DNA from: a virus
Lineage: Duplodnaviria > Caudoviricetes
Direction: 5' to 3' (one strand)
Length of the DNA stretch: 54,586 nucleotides
Virus record (IMG/VR): IMGVR_UViG_3300021376_000078
Coordinates: 1-54,586 of that record
This document shows, in pieces, positions 27,990 to 38,237 of the stretch. The notes beneath the pieces were generated by a model. The model made no database searches. It was not told where the DNA came from and saw nothing but the letters and a program-made list of their open reading frames with translations. Position 1 is the first letter of the stretch. Each line of letters opens with the position of its first letter. Position numbers and translations under genes: made by a program.

Positions 27990-29158
27990 CTTGTTACCTT
28001 AAAATAATAATTGTTATCAAAAATTTTTACAACGTCACCACCGTTTTCTTCAACTTTTACAACTATTCTATAAAATCTTTCTGGTTGAAATGAGTTCATC
28101 CATATGTTAAAATAATTACCTTCTGAATCACAACTAATTTTTGATCCTGTTACATCAAATGGTAGTATTACTTCATCTGTATATGCATCTCTTACTTCAT
28201 AATATGAAGAAGATGGTAAATAATAATTTACTATGTGGTATGATTGTGTTGTATAATTTTTTTCTGGATATCTTTTATTTGCATATATTCTTATTTTTGC
28301 TTTTTCTTTTTCTGCATAAAATTTTTTTAATTTTACATTTATTGATAAATTATCAAAGTTTGCAGATAATAAACTTCCAGTGGTAAATGATTGGTCGTCC
28401 CAAACTACATTAAGTCTTGGAACATAAATTGTATTACTATCTGTACCAAAAAATTTTAAACTATTTAATGGATCCAATGATGTTTCTTGTTCTGCACTAA
28501 ATTTTAATATAAATCCATCATTTACTATTTTTCCAGATCCAGTTACCCATTTTTTTACAATATCGGTAACATCCATGTATAAATCTGCAGTTTCAAAACT
28601 GTAATTTTGTACACATTCCAAGTTATCGTAATCCCACCATGTTCCACCGCCTTTTTTATTGTAATATGATGATGTAACATTTGCAGATAAATTTGAACCA
28701 AATAATACGGCAGCATCAACCCATGTTTGTGAAATATTATCCCATTCAAATGAAGATGTTGCAGGTGGTATTTCCCATTCAGTACCCGTATTCATTGATG
28801 TTCTATATTTCCAAGAAGCACCATCTTTTGTTATGGGAACATGATTATATTTTCCAGTACCATTTATCCAAGAACTGCTTAAAGGATACGCATATATTGA
28901 GTATTCTTGTGGAATTTCTCTTGCATCTGCTGAACGTAAAGATAAATAATATTTAGCATTTTGTGAAATTTTACCAGCATTTATGTTTTGTTCAATTTCA
29001 GTTACATCAAATTTAATCAATATCCGGCTATTATACAATGATCCAGTTATATTTTTGTATTCATGTTTTAGTTCAAGTATTGAATCAATACCGCTATTTA
29101 AATTTACACTTTCTTCGTATAATGTTGTATCTTTAACTGGATATATTGAGTATATCAT
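27986..29158 (-). CDS. Baseplate-associated structural protein, DNRLRE/CBM96-like
   Basis: KDTTLYE, RILIKFD, MDVTDIVKKW, NDGFILK and PRLNVVW motifs. Confidence 0.6.
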   Translation of the reverse strand: MIYSIYPVKDTTLYEESVNLNSGIDSILELKHEYKNITGSLYNSRILIKFDVTEIEQNINAGKISQNAKYYLSLRSADAREIPQEYSIYAYPLSSSWINGTGKYNHVPITKDGASWKYRTSMNTGTEWEIPPATSSFEWDNISQTWVDAAVLFGSNLSANVTSSYYNKKGGGTWWDYDNLECVQNYSFETADLYMDVTDIVKKWVTGSGKIVNDGFILKFSAEQETSLDPLNSLKFFGTDSNTIYVPRLNVVWDDQSFTTGSLLSANFDNLSINVKLKKFYAEKEKAKIRIYANKRYPEKNYTTQSYHIVNYYLPSSSYYEVRDAYTDEVILPFDVTGSKISCDSEGNYFNIWMNSFQPERFYRIVVKVEENGGDVVKIFDNNYYFKVTR

Positions 29159-31074
29159 TAGAACGCCCTCACTCTACCAAGAATATCATTATCTGGATAT
29201 TTGATTTCAAATATAGATGGATCAAGCGATGGGAATATTATACCATTTTTTGTTGCACTATCTAAATCATAAACATTTTTTGAATAACCCAATGCCTGAT
29301 CATACAAATTTTTAAATTTTACATTTACAACAGTTTGAACTCCCTCAACTCTGTCCAATTCTGTAAATACATTACTAATAACAATAGGTTGATTAATTTG
29401 CCATCTTTTTATATCAAAATATTGTTTTAATTTATCTATACATTTTAATATAACTTCATTTCCATTTTGATTTGGCAAAGTTATTATGTCAAATTCAATT
29501 CCAATGTTTATTACATATGCATCTTTTATTTCAATAGCATCGGTAAGTATTCTATATTCGCTAAGATATGTTTTTATATTTTCTTTTGTAGCAGTATTTA
29601 CTTTTGCTAATTTATGGTTTGAATCATAACCTAAAACATAAAATCCTAATGCTAAATTATTTTGTCTTCTATCGCTGTAAAATACATCGTCATAAGTTAA
29701 TTGTGTATTTCTTGTTACATAAGCTTTTGCAATAGAACCGTATTTTTGTGGCATACTATAAGCACGTATTATGTAATCTTCTTTTGTTACTGCTCGATTT
29801 TGTGATGCAAAATAAGAAAGTGCATTTTGTCTTATTTCATTTATATCTTCCTCATTTTTACCGCCATTTGCAGGTTCAGGATTTGTTACAGCAAGACTAC
29901 CTATAACTTGGTTGTAAAGAGTTTGATCTAAACCAGTTTTATCAAGTATTATTTTTCTTTGTCCAATTTGTGTAATTGTATCAGCAGGAACATTATCATT
30001 AATACCACCACCAGATGTGTAACATATTGTTAATTGAGTATTACTTGGTGCTAATCCATAAGTTTTTGTTCTTAAAAAATTTGAAGGATCTATATCCAAA
30101 GAAGGAGATGTTTCTATACCGGTTACAGAATTTCCAACTAAATCGGGATTAGGTATAAATTCTTCATCAACAACATTTGCCAATCCAGGACCAAACATTA
30201 TTTCATGCCTACCATTTGAACCAAATTTTACAGTAAATTTTCTTGTTATTTTTTTTAATTTTAACAAATAAGGAGTTTCATTTCTAAATGTACTTAATTC
30301 TTTATCATTTCTTGGTATATTTGGAACTGCCTCATATATTGTATCTTGTGCAAGATAAGGAACATAATGCCATGTATTACCTTCTTTATCAGTTGCATAT
30401 AAAAATTCTATAGCATTTGGATCTTCTATTACAACTTTATCATATTTTTTTGGTTCAAGAAAATTAAATTCTTGTTTTACAATTTTTCCAGAAACGGCAT
30501 TAACTTGTTTTTTTAATAACCAAAAAGTAATTTCACCGGTTATATCATCAATTTCAAATGGTGTAATTTCTGTTGGACTGAAACTACCACTATACTTAAA
30601 ATCTAAATACTCCGTTGTTCTAAAAACTGCGTTTTCAGTAATGTTACTATTTGATCCATCGGTTGGCAGATCTGAAATAAGTATCATTCCGGGTTCTATT
30701 GCAAATGCGTATGACATATCTGGAACAATTTCTGTACCAGATGTTTTTGATGGAACTAACTGAAATACATCTATTTTTGCATTAGCCGATGAATTTAATT
30801 TTGGCATATACCCAAGAGACTGTGCTAAGTTAAATATATTTCTTTTTTCTGATGCATGTAATATCATTGATTCTTGTAAATTCACATCAGTATAAAAAGA
30901 AAGTACATCACCAACATAAGCAGCCATTTCCATAAACATCATACCAGGAGATGCTTCATTAAAATCTTGGTAAGTATCTGGAAAATAATTTTTTGCAAAA
31001 TCAATAAGATTTGTTTTTAATGAATTAAAATCTCTTGAAAGATAACGAACATCCTTTTTAATCAAATCTGCCAT
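29158..31074 (-). CDS. Baseplate wedge subunit (T4 gp6 / baseplate J-like)
   Basis: RDFNSLK, YVGDVLSFYTD, LAQSLGY, ANGGKNEE, QNRAVTKEDY. Confidence 0.9.
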   Translation of the reverse strand: MADLIKKDVRYLSRDFNSLKTNLIDFAKNYFPDTYQDFNEASPGMMFMEMAAYVGDVLSFYTDVNLQESMILHASEKRNIFNLAQSLGYMPKLNSSANAKIDVFQLVPSKTSGTEIVPDMSYAFAIEPGMILISDLPTDGSNSNITENAVFRTTEYLDFKYSGSFSPTEITPFEIDDITGEITFWLLKKQVNAVSGKIVKQEFNFLEPKKYDKVVIEDPNAIEFLYATDKEGNTWHYVPYLAQDTIYEAVPNIPRNDKELSTFRNETPYLLKLKKITRKFTVKFGSNGRHEIMFGPGLANVVDEEFIPNPDLVGNSVTGIETSPSLDIDPSNFLRTKTYGLAPSNTQLTICYTSGGGINDNVPADTITQIGQRKIILDKTGLDQTLYNQVIGSLAVTNPEPANGGKNEEDINEIRQNALSYFASQNRAVTKEDYIIRAYSMPQKYGSIAKAYVTRNTQLTYDDVFYSDRRQNNLALGFYVLGYDSNHKLAKVNTATKENIKTYLSEYRILTDAIEIKDAYVINIGIEFDIITLPNQNGNEVILKCIDKLKQYFDIKRWQINQPIVISNVFTELDRVEGVQTVVNVKFKNLYDQALGYSKNVYDLDSATKNGIIFPSLDPSIFEIKYPDNDILGRVRAF

Positions 31075-31604
31075 TAGTAACTACTCTTCGTATTTGGATA
31101 AATTGCACTTTCTAACCTTAAAGCACCGGTATCAGAAATAAATATACGAATCGGTAGATTTATAGGTGTTCCAACTATATTTACCTCCAATTCTATATTA
31201 ATAGTATTAGCAGCATCTTTTATATCACCACTTTCGTCAAGATTAAAATTAACTTTACATTTTATTACATTTAAATAAAATAACCAACGGCTTATTGCAG
31301 ACGTTATTGTACCAGTAATTTTTTCCTTAAATTCTTCTTCATTTGCAATGTTTTCAAAAAGTAAACGTTTTAAATCTGTGCCAAATTCTGGTTGTAAATA
31401 ACGTTCACCTTTTGTTGTCAATAATAACATTTTTAAGTTAGTTAATACTTGTTCATAATTTGTATAAGATTTGTAAAATATTCCATTATTATTGTTAAAC
31501 GGATATGTTACGCCAATTGGGTTGTTTATTTTTTTTTCATTTTTAATATATTGTAAATCACCAATACCACCACTTGGCCTTCTTGTAAAATTAATCATTG
31601 CCAT
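31074..31604 (-). CDS. Baseplate wedge / sheath initiator (T4 gp25-like)
   Basis: NLKMLLLTTKGERYLQPEFGTDL motif. Confidence 0.9.
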   Translation of the reverse strand: MAMINFTRRPSGGIGDLQYIKNEKKINNPIGVTYPFNNNNGIFYKSYTNYEQVLTNLKMLLLTTKGERYLQPEFGTDLKRLLFENIANEEEFKEKITGTITSAISRWLFYLNVIKCKVNFNLDESGDIKDAANTINIELEVNIVGTPINLPIRIFISDTGALRLESAIYPNTKSSY

Positions 31605-31607
31605 TTT

Positions 31608-32036
31608 TTATCTCCCTTTTTTTTCATCAATTTTTTTCATAAGATCAGAATAATCTCTTGTTAATGCAGACATAACTTCGTTTGGAATTTCTTGTTGTGA
31701 AAAACCTTGTGGTATTGCAGCACCGTTTCTTTCATACCCAAATCCTTCTGCCATGTCCGCAGTAAAATTAAATTCATTTTCCATATCAGAACTTTCTTGT
31801 AAACTTCTTCTTGTTTCTGCAAGAAGTTCTTGTATAGAACCAAATTCAGTTTTTTGTGTTTTTGGTTTAACAACTTTTTTTGGATTATGTTGTTCTTTGT
31901 ATATTGTCATTCCGTGTTTAAGAGTAGAAACTTCATCCTTTTTTGATTGTTTTTGGGACAATTTTTTATCAAGTGCATAATCTATTTCTTCTCTTATTAT
32001 TGACCGTATTTCTTGTAAAAATTTTTTTGTATCCAC
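31608..32036 (-). CDS. Hypothetical phage protein (start revised to GTG at 32036)
   Basis: GAGGT SD just upstream of the GTG; removes the overlap with the previous gene; begins MDTKKFLQEIRSIIREEI. Confidence 0.7.
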   Translation of the reverse strand: MDTKKFLQEIRSIIREEIDYALDKKLSQKQSKKDEVSTLKHGMTIYKEQHNPKKVVKPKTQKTEFGSIQELLAETRRSLQESSDMENEFNFTADMAEGFGYERNGAAIPQGFSQQEIPNEVMSALTRDYSDLMKKIDEKKGR

Positions 32037-32044
32037 GATATACC

Positions 32045-35000
32045 TCAAAGGTTTTTTGATTGAAAAACAGTATTTATAGTGTTGATTCTTTGCCAATAAG
32101 TATTGTAAACTGGATATTCTGGATCAGGATTTAATTCAACAAAATCAAAATAGGTTTGCATAACTGGAGTTATTATCCAAGGTGCAGCAATACCAGCTTT
32201 AGTTCTTGCTTTTATTACGTGGTCATTCTTATATCCTTCTGGTCTTCCAATTACAACAAAACCACCTCTATCTGCAGATGGTGGATATCCTGAAAAATCT
32301 GCTAGGTTGGTTAAAAATAAACCCATGGTGTTATTTGAAGTTCCTCTTTTACCATCTGTACTCGTATTTCCACCTAATCGCATTACCTCACCATCCACAT
32401 CCATGCCCGCAACAGACTCAACATGGCCTGTATGAGATATTGTTGCTGCAGGCCAATCTATTATATCAGGATTTAATACTTTTCTTATTAAATCATAACC
32501 AAGTTGTGTTAATTTACCACTTTGTCCTTTTCCATCTTTTTGAAAGTGTATATTTTCAATAAACCAAATTGAATTTATTTTATCTTTGTATTCATTTAAA
32601 TATTCGGGTGTTATTGGGTGTTCAAAATTTTCTCTACCATGTTTTACGTATGCCCTTCGATATACTTCTCGTATAGTAGTACCAACTCCACCTAATAATT
32701 CCCATTTACTTGATTGCCAAGTTTCTTCTATCGTTTCTTCCAATCGTGGTCTATTTAATGGAAAACCACCATTTATTAGTGCCGATTCATTTGATTTAAC
32801 ACTTGTTGTACCTTGTCTATCAAAACCACCTTTTCTTAAAAAGAAATCAGTAGATATTCCACACCAATGTGGTTCGTGAGCCCAGTTTAAATTTATCCTT
32901 GATTTTCTATTAAATGTTCCAACCATTGGATCAATTCTGATTCTACCTTTAACCCAATCTGGTGTAACGGTGTGCACCATCATTAAATGGTGTTCTGTTC
33001 CCGATGATGCAAGTGGTGGAAAATTACCGCTTCCTGGTAATTTATATCTATTTACATATCCAGATTGAAAAAAATTCATAATTATACCAACATCCAATAA
33101 AGAACATTTGTAATCTAGTGGTAATGGTCCTCCGTATTCTGGTATTGGTTTTGTGTCTTTGTTTTTTTTGTTTTTATTATTTAAATTTGTATTATCAAGC
33201 GGTTTAGCATTAGGATCAACATATTCTGGATCAACTTTTTTAGAAAGTCTAAACTTGCTAAGGAGTGTATTCCAATCAGCATTAAATGCTCTTGGAATAT
33301 ATTGACGTATTAAACCTTTACCGGCAACCATATATGGATGTCTAAAACCATATGGATATTGTGTTCCTGGAAGCGCAGAACGGCTGTACTGCCATTCACC
33401 AAACATATCTTCTTGGTTGTTAAAGGTAATATTACCTTGATTGATTCCAGTTCTCCAAATTCGGTATGTATAATTAATTGGTGGTTTTACCCAATCATCA
33501 ACTTTCCCCAATTTTGGATTACCCTTTACATCACTCTCTGATAATTGCATTTTTTTGAGGCTCTGATTATATCTTTTCATGCTAAAAGGAGCGTATTGTT
33601 CATCAAACATGATAAATCTACCAATTCTATCAAAGAATACTGTAACATCACCACCGGTCCATTCACCGCCCACATTTCCCGTAGATCCATATGCAGGTTC
33701 GTTACGATTCCAATTTGATAAATACTCCCACCAAGGACCTCCAGAATCAGACGGTCTGCTGTTACCTGCTACCCAAGTTTCAGCTGGACCATTAGGAGGA
33801 CCTGGATTGAATTTTGAACTCATAGGCCAAAGCCATTGCCAATCGGCAAAAGTGTTAGTATTATGCCACCGTCTGGAATGACCAACACCTTGCAACACAC
33901 CTTTTCCAACAAAATCCTTGGGCATTCCGTTTCCTGGCGCTTTTGGAATATCTCTACCTTTTGATATATTAATAGCAGCTTCTCCAGCTCCTATATCTGT
34001 AACAGGAAGTGTATTATACCAGGCCTTTTTTGCTTCAGCTTCTAGTGCTTTTTGAAGTTTATCCTTCCCACCTTTCTTTTTTGGTTTTTCTTTTTTCTCT
34101 TTACCTTTTCCTTTACGATCACCTTTTCCATTTTTTTCACCTTTTCCTTTACCACCAATATTATCTTGTGCTTTTGGCGGAGGAACTGTTATTTGTTCCT
34201 TTGGTTTTGGTGGTTCTTCTTGAACAATTATGTTATTTTCACTTACTACTTCTTTTTTTTCTAATTTTTCAAATGGTACAGGTATTTTTTCTGCATCTTT
34301 TTGAGCTGTTCCACCATTTTCTAATATAATAGGAATTTCAATATTGTTAATTGTTATTTTTGGTAATCTATCTATTGATTCTTGTGGAAGATTGTCAAAT
34401 TTTTCAAAATTTTTTGATACAATATCTTTTAAATCCAAGGTAATGTCTGATATATTTATTACTTCTTCTTTATCTGGAATAAGAGTAGTTGTATTATCTG
34501 GATTTTGTGCATTTGTTAATTCTGATTCGCCTTCAGGACACTTGTCATCGCCTATGTATACTCCAATGGTTCCAGCTATTACATCTCTATCTGTTCTTTT
34601 AAAGTATTTTTTATTCAATGAACCACCTTGCAATATACCCAATCTAGCATTGGCTCTTTGATATGATGTTTCACCGGTATCTCCACTACATTTACAGTAT
34701 TCAAACTCATTTTTTACGGGAGTTTTATCTCTATATGGTTGGTTTACACCATAATAGATAGTAGATCCATCATCATCATCAAAGTAAACATCACCAACTG
34801 GTGGCACAGTTTTTCCTGTCATTGTATAAATAATATATTTATCCTTTAATTTTTCCGTTGGTTGTGGTTCATCTGGTACATATTTTATTAAATTATGGTT
34901 TAATAATAATTTTGATGTTATCAACTTTTCAACATTTTGCGTTGGTTTTGGTGATATTGGTATCATTACATTTGGAATTTTTACTATTAACTGTTCATTT

Positions 35001-36421
35001 TTTTCGTCTTCAAGTTTTATTTCTGGTTTATCAACCATTACTTTCCAAAATTTTAATGAAGTTGTTTTATCTTTAATTGGAACTTTTAACTCTACATTCT
35101 TTAATAAAATAGTTTCACCTTTAACATCTGCGTTACTATCACTTGTTGTGATTTCACTTGGTTGAAAATCTGCAAATGAATATTCTTTTTCAGGTAAATA
35201 TATTACTTCATCTGATGCTACAATTGGTGGAAGTTGAGCATTTTCAGGCAATGGTTTTGGAAATTCCAATGAATCTATTATTACGGCAGGCATTGTTACT
35301 GATCTAAAAGTTATTGGTAAATTATCCTTTATTTTAATAAATTCATCACCAATAAATTTCATTGGTTCTATCCTAACATCATCTATAATTTCTTTTGGTG
35401 GATCACCAGAAATTGATTGAGGTTCAACAATAAATGGTTCTTTTATTATTTCAAGATCAGGTAATGTAACTTTACCTTCTGATCCACTCGGTATAGTTAT
35501 ACTATCAATTATTATGGGTGGATATTTTATACTTTCTATTTTTGGTCCTTTCGCTCCATTTAAAAAAACATCTGCACCTTTTAATTCAATTCTTTGAATT
35601 TCAACTTTTTCATAAGTAATAGTATCTTTTTTATCTTCTGGTTTTGGATCAGGTATAGGTTCAGTAATATTATCTTCTTTTCCCAGTTGAACATTATCTG
35701 CAGTGTATCTTTTTCTACCTTCAGGACATTTATCATCACCAATATATTGAACTTCATTCCTTTGATTCAATATCCATAGTGGTTCAGTAAAATCAGGAGC
35801 ATATGAAGAATTAGGATTGTTAGGATCTGCATTTTCGGGAAATTTTACATAATATCCCGCTTCTCGTATTACTCGGGCTCTATCCGATCCACCTCTTGGA
35901 GCAAAACCCATTCTTGCATTTGCTCTAATTTCAGCAACATTATCTGGATCACCTTCACATCTACAAAATCTATAACGATGTCTTACTGCGTTTTCATCTA
36001 ATTGTTCATCTCTTGGTAAACTAGCAATTAATGCACCTTCATTTGTATAATACATTTTTGGTTTATGTGGTGTTAAATCTTCATACGGCGATATACCTTT
36101 TTTTAACCAAATATCATAATATAAATACGATGTTTGATCAACAGGAGGATCTACAGGTCTTTGTGGGGGTGGAGTAGTGTCCATACCTGATAAATTATTA
36201 CTAGTATTTGGATTAGTTGGATCTGAATTAGCAAGTGTTGATACATTACCAGTTGATGATTCAGTTGTTTGTGGAGCAGGTGAAGTATTATTTGAATCTT
36301 GCCATTTGCCAGTTAAAATACGCACTCTATCGGCACTAGTTAATGATCTACCTTCACGTATTAATCGAGTTAATGTTTCTTGTGGAGTTTCTTCACGTTC
36401 TATGTCATCTATACCAGCCAT
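32045..36421 (-). CDS. Large baseplate-region protein with a C-terminal CHAP/NlpC-P60-like peptidoglycan hydrolase motif set
   Basis: HWCG...GHVE...LGGNTS motif order; sits between gp5-like and gp25-like genes; internal repeats and a Lys-rich linker. Confidence 0.6.
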   Translation of the reverse strand: MAGIDDIEREETPQETLTRLIREGRSLTSADRVRILTGKWQDSNNTSPAPQTTESSTGNVSTLANSDPTNPNTSNNLSGMDTTPPPQRPVDPPVDQTSYLYYDIWLKKGISPYEDLTPHKPKMYYTNEGALIASLPRDEQLDENAVRHRYRFCRCEGDPDNVAEIRANARMGFAPRGGSDRARVIREAGYYVKFPENADPNNPNSSYAPDFTEPLWILNQRNEVQYIGDDKCPEGRKRYTADNVQLGKEDNITEPIPDPKPEDKKDTITYEKVEIQRIELKGADVFLNGAKGPKIESIKYPPIIIDSITIPSGSEGKVTLPDLEIIKEPFIVEPQSISGDPPKEIIDDVRIEPMKFIGDEFIKIKDNLPITFRSVTMPAVIIDSLEFPKPLPENAQLPPIVASDEVIYLPEKEYSFADFQPSEITTSDSNADVKGETILLKNVELKVPIKDKTTSLKFWKVMVDKPEIKLEDEKNEQLIVKIPNVMIPISPKPTQNVEKLITSKLLLNHNLIKYVPDEPQPTEKLKDKYIIYTMTGKTVPPVGDVYFDDDDGSTIYYGVNQPYRDKTPVKNEFEYCKCSGDTGETSYQRANARLGILQGGSLNKKYFKRTDRDVIAGTIGVYIGDDKCPEGESELTNAQNPDNTTTLIPDKEEVINISDITLDLKDIVSKNFEKFDNLPQESIDRLPKITINNIEIPIILENGGTAQKDAEKIPVPFEKLEKKEVVSENNIIVQEEPPKPKEQITVPPPKAQDNIGGKGKGEKNGKGDRKGKGKEKKEKPKKKGGKDKLQKALEAEAKKAWYNTLPVTDIGAGEAAINISKGRDIPKAPGNGMPKDFVGKGVLQGVGHSRRWHNTNTFADWQWLWPMSSKFNPGPPNGPAETWVAGNSRPSDSGGPWWEYLSNWNRNEPAYGSTGNVGGEWTGGDVTVFFDRIGRFIMFDEQYAPFSMKRYNQSLKKMQLSESDVKGNPKLGKVDDWVKPPINYTYRIWRTGINQGNITFNNQEDMFGEWQYSRSALPGTQYPYGFRHPYMVAGKGLIRQYIPRAFNADWNTLLSKFRLSKKVDPEYVDPNAKPLDNTNLNNKNKKNKDTKPIPEYGGPLPLDYKCSLLDVGIIMNFFQSGYVNRYKLPGSGNFPPLASSGTEHHLMMVHTVTPDWVKGRIRIDPMVGTFNRKSRINLNWAHEPHWCGISTDFFLRKGGFDRQGTTSVKSNESALINGGFPLNRPRLEETIEETWQSSKWELLGGVGTTIREVYRRAYVKHGRENFEHPITPEYLNEYKDKINSIWFIENIHFQKDGKGQSGKLTQLGYDLIRKVLNPDIIDWPAATISHTGHVESVAGMDVDGEVMRLGGNTSTDGKRGTSNNTMGLFLTNLADFSGYPPSADRGGFVVIGRPEGYKNDHVIKARTKAGIAAPWIITPVMQTYFDFVELNPDPEYPVYNTYWQRINTINTVFQSKNL

Positions 36422-36432
36422 TACATATCCTA

Positions 36433-37881
36433 TTATGGAACAATATTATCTTCAACTTCATCATCACCTAAAATTGCATCGTCATTTTTAGCAAGGTATT
36501 CATCTTCAGGAGTTAATTCTTTTCTTTCTCCCCATTCATTTGTTTCTTCAGTATCGGTATCTGTTGGAGCCATTTCACCATCATATGATTCATATGTTCC
36601 AACTTGTTCATTTCTTCTTGCACCCGATTGAGCTTCTTCACTTGGACCACCTGAGTTTTCATTTAAGAAAACAAGATTACTTTTTAATGTATCTATTTTA
36701 TCTTTTATTGTATCAACTTCTGAAGATATGCTTAGAAATTTAGACATATTGAGTGGTGGTCCAGTTGTTGGTCCAAGTGCCGTTGGATATGTTGCATTAA
36801 CAATAGTATCTATTAAATCTGTTAATAATGTACATAATTGATTCAACCAAACCATTGTTTTATCACCCAATAAAGCAGGTGAAACAGCATTTACTCCCAA
36901 ATGTATTCTTTTTGCTTCAGCTTCTACAAAATTTTTACCATCAAGGGATATTGATCCTTCAGATGAAAACCCAACTCCTCTTTTTGAAAATCCAATAATT
37001 TCATTTTCTCTTGCATTTAAAATTATTCTTTCGGATGCAAGTAATATCTGATTTCCAGCATATTGTGTATTTCTATATGAATTTATTTTTTTAGAACGAA
37101 TGGATGGGTATGTTCTTGATGCAGGGTTAAACCTTACGGATTGTCCCGATGTTAGCCATATTGACGAATCATCTTTATCTGGATTTTCTATTGTAAAACT
37201 ATTCATTCCTTTTGGTGAAGGATTAGTACCGTTTGAAATTATAGTTATTGGGTTTCCAGATGCACCTTGTCCTGCAGACCAAAGAGGATATACATTGAAA
37301 ATATTTCTTGTATCAATAGTAGATCCAAATCTTATAGATTGTCCCCATCTTCCTTCAAAAATTATATCGCCAGGATATGGTTGTATTGGATAAACGTCTG
37401 TTCTTTCTGGAAAAAAGGGATCAATTTCTTCGCCCGTTTGTAATCTATCTTTTGGTGTATTTGTTATACCATCAGTTGCATTATCTCTATTTTCTTTTGA
37501 ATTTACTCTTTGTCTCAAACTTATTGGAATTTTTGTTACTCCAGGAACACCGTTATGATGAACATGGCTTTGAATTGATATGGGTGCCGTGTAGTAATAA
37601 TCTTGTGAAGGTGATATTGCGTTTGCATATGCACCTGTTGATTTTGTTATTAAAACTACTTCACCTATTATAGGCAAATGTTTTATATTAGAATTAAGTG
37701 GTCTTGCTTCCATCAATGCACCATTTGCCATAGATCCAAATGCTCCTATTAAGGTACATTTAATTTTATACAACCTTTGAGGATCACGATCGGTATAATC
37801 TACGTCCTTAACTTCCGCAGGAAAATACTCATATTCATTTCCATCAAGTATCAGTTTTTGGGTATTGAACAGAACTGCCAA
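36433..37881 (-). CDS. Baseplate hub / spike protein (T4 gp5-like OB-fold)
   Basis: PLNSNIKHLPIIGEVV OB-fold motif, GDIIFEGRWGQSIRFG, beta-repeat C-terminal region with IHLG...LLGD; gene context. Confidence 0.65.
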   Translation of the reverse strand: MAVLFNTQKLILDGNEYEYFPAEVKDVDYTDRDPQRLYKIKCTLIGAFGSMANGALMEARPLNSNIKHLPIIGEVVLITKSTGAYANAISPSQDYYYTAPISIQSHVHHNGVPGVTKIPISLRQRVNSKENRDNATDGITNTPKDRLQTGEEIDPFFPERTDVYPIQPYPGDIIFEGRWGQSIRFGSTIDTRNIFNVYPLWSAGQGASGNPITIISNGTNPSPKGMNSFTIENPDKDDSSIWLTSGQSVRFNPASRTYPSIRSKKINSYRNTQYAGNQILLASERIILNARENEIIGFSKRGVGFSSEGSISLDGKNFVEAEAKRIHLGVNAVSPALLGDKTMVWLNQLCTLLTDLIDTIVNATYPTALGPTTGPPLNMSKFLSISSEVDTIKDKIDTLKSNLVFLNENSGGPSEEAQSGARRNEQVGTYESYDGEMAPTDTDTEETNEWGERKELTPEDEYLAKNDDAILGDDEVEDNIVP

Positions 37882-38224
37882 TGTTTTCTTCCTTTTGTTC
37901 TTCTTTAATTTCTTCTATGCTTTTTAATAAAGCTTCTTTTTCTTCGTCTGTTAAAAATGAAGACGTTTCATCTCCCTTGTTTGTCATAGCACGTTGTATA
38001 ACTGCTGCCAATTTTACCAAGTGTTCATCATTCTTTACACCTACTTCCATGAAGTCCTTAATTGCTGGTACTAAAATAGCAGCATCACTTATGTTGTTCA
38101 ACATAGGTTTTAAGTCAGCAATAAGAAGGTTTATCTGACGGTCTTTTTTCTTCTGATTATCATATATGTCTTTTAACAAATCAGAAAATTTTTTATTTCC
38201 AAAAAGTTCTTGATCAAAGTTCAT
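37844..38224 (-). CDS. Hypothetical helical phage protein
   Basis: 126-aa ORF co-oriented with the operon. Confidence 0.7.
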   Translation of the reverse strand: MNFDQELFGNKKFSDLLKDIYDNQKKKDRQINLLIADLKPMLNNISDAAILVPAIKDFMEVGVKNDEHLVKLAAVIQRAMTNKGDETSSFLTDEEKEALLKSIEEIKEEQKEENIGSSVQYPKTDT

Positions 38225-38237
38225 ATAAATAAATATC

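Noticed and set aside
32037-32096. N-terminal extension of the 162-aa ORF
   Set aside because: It overlaps the upstream gene; a GTG at 32036 with a GAGGT SD is more plausible.
32045-36421. Tape measure protein
   Set aside because: Pro-rich and not a long helical Ala/Gly-rich repeat protein.
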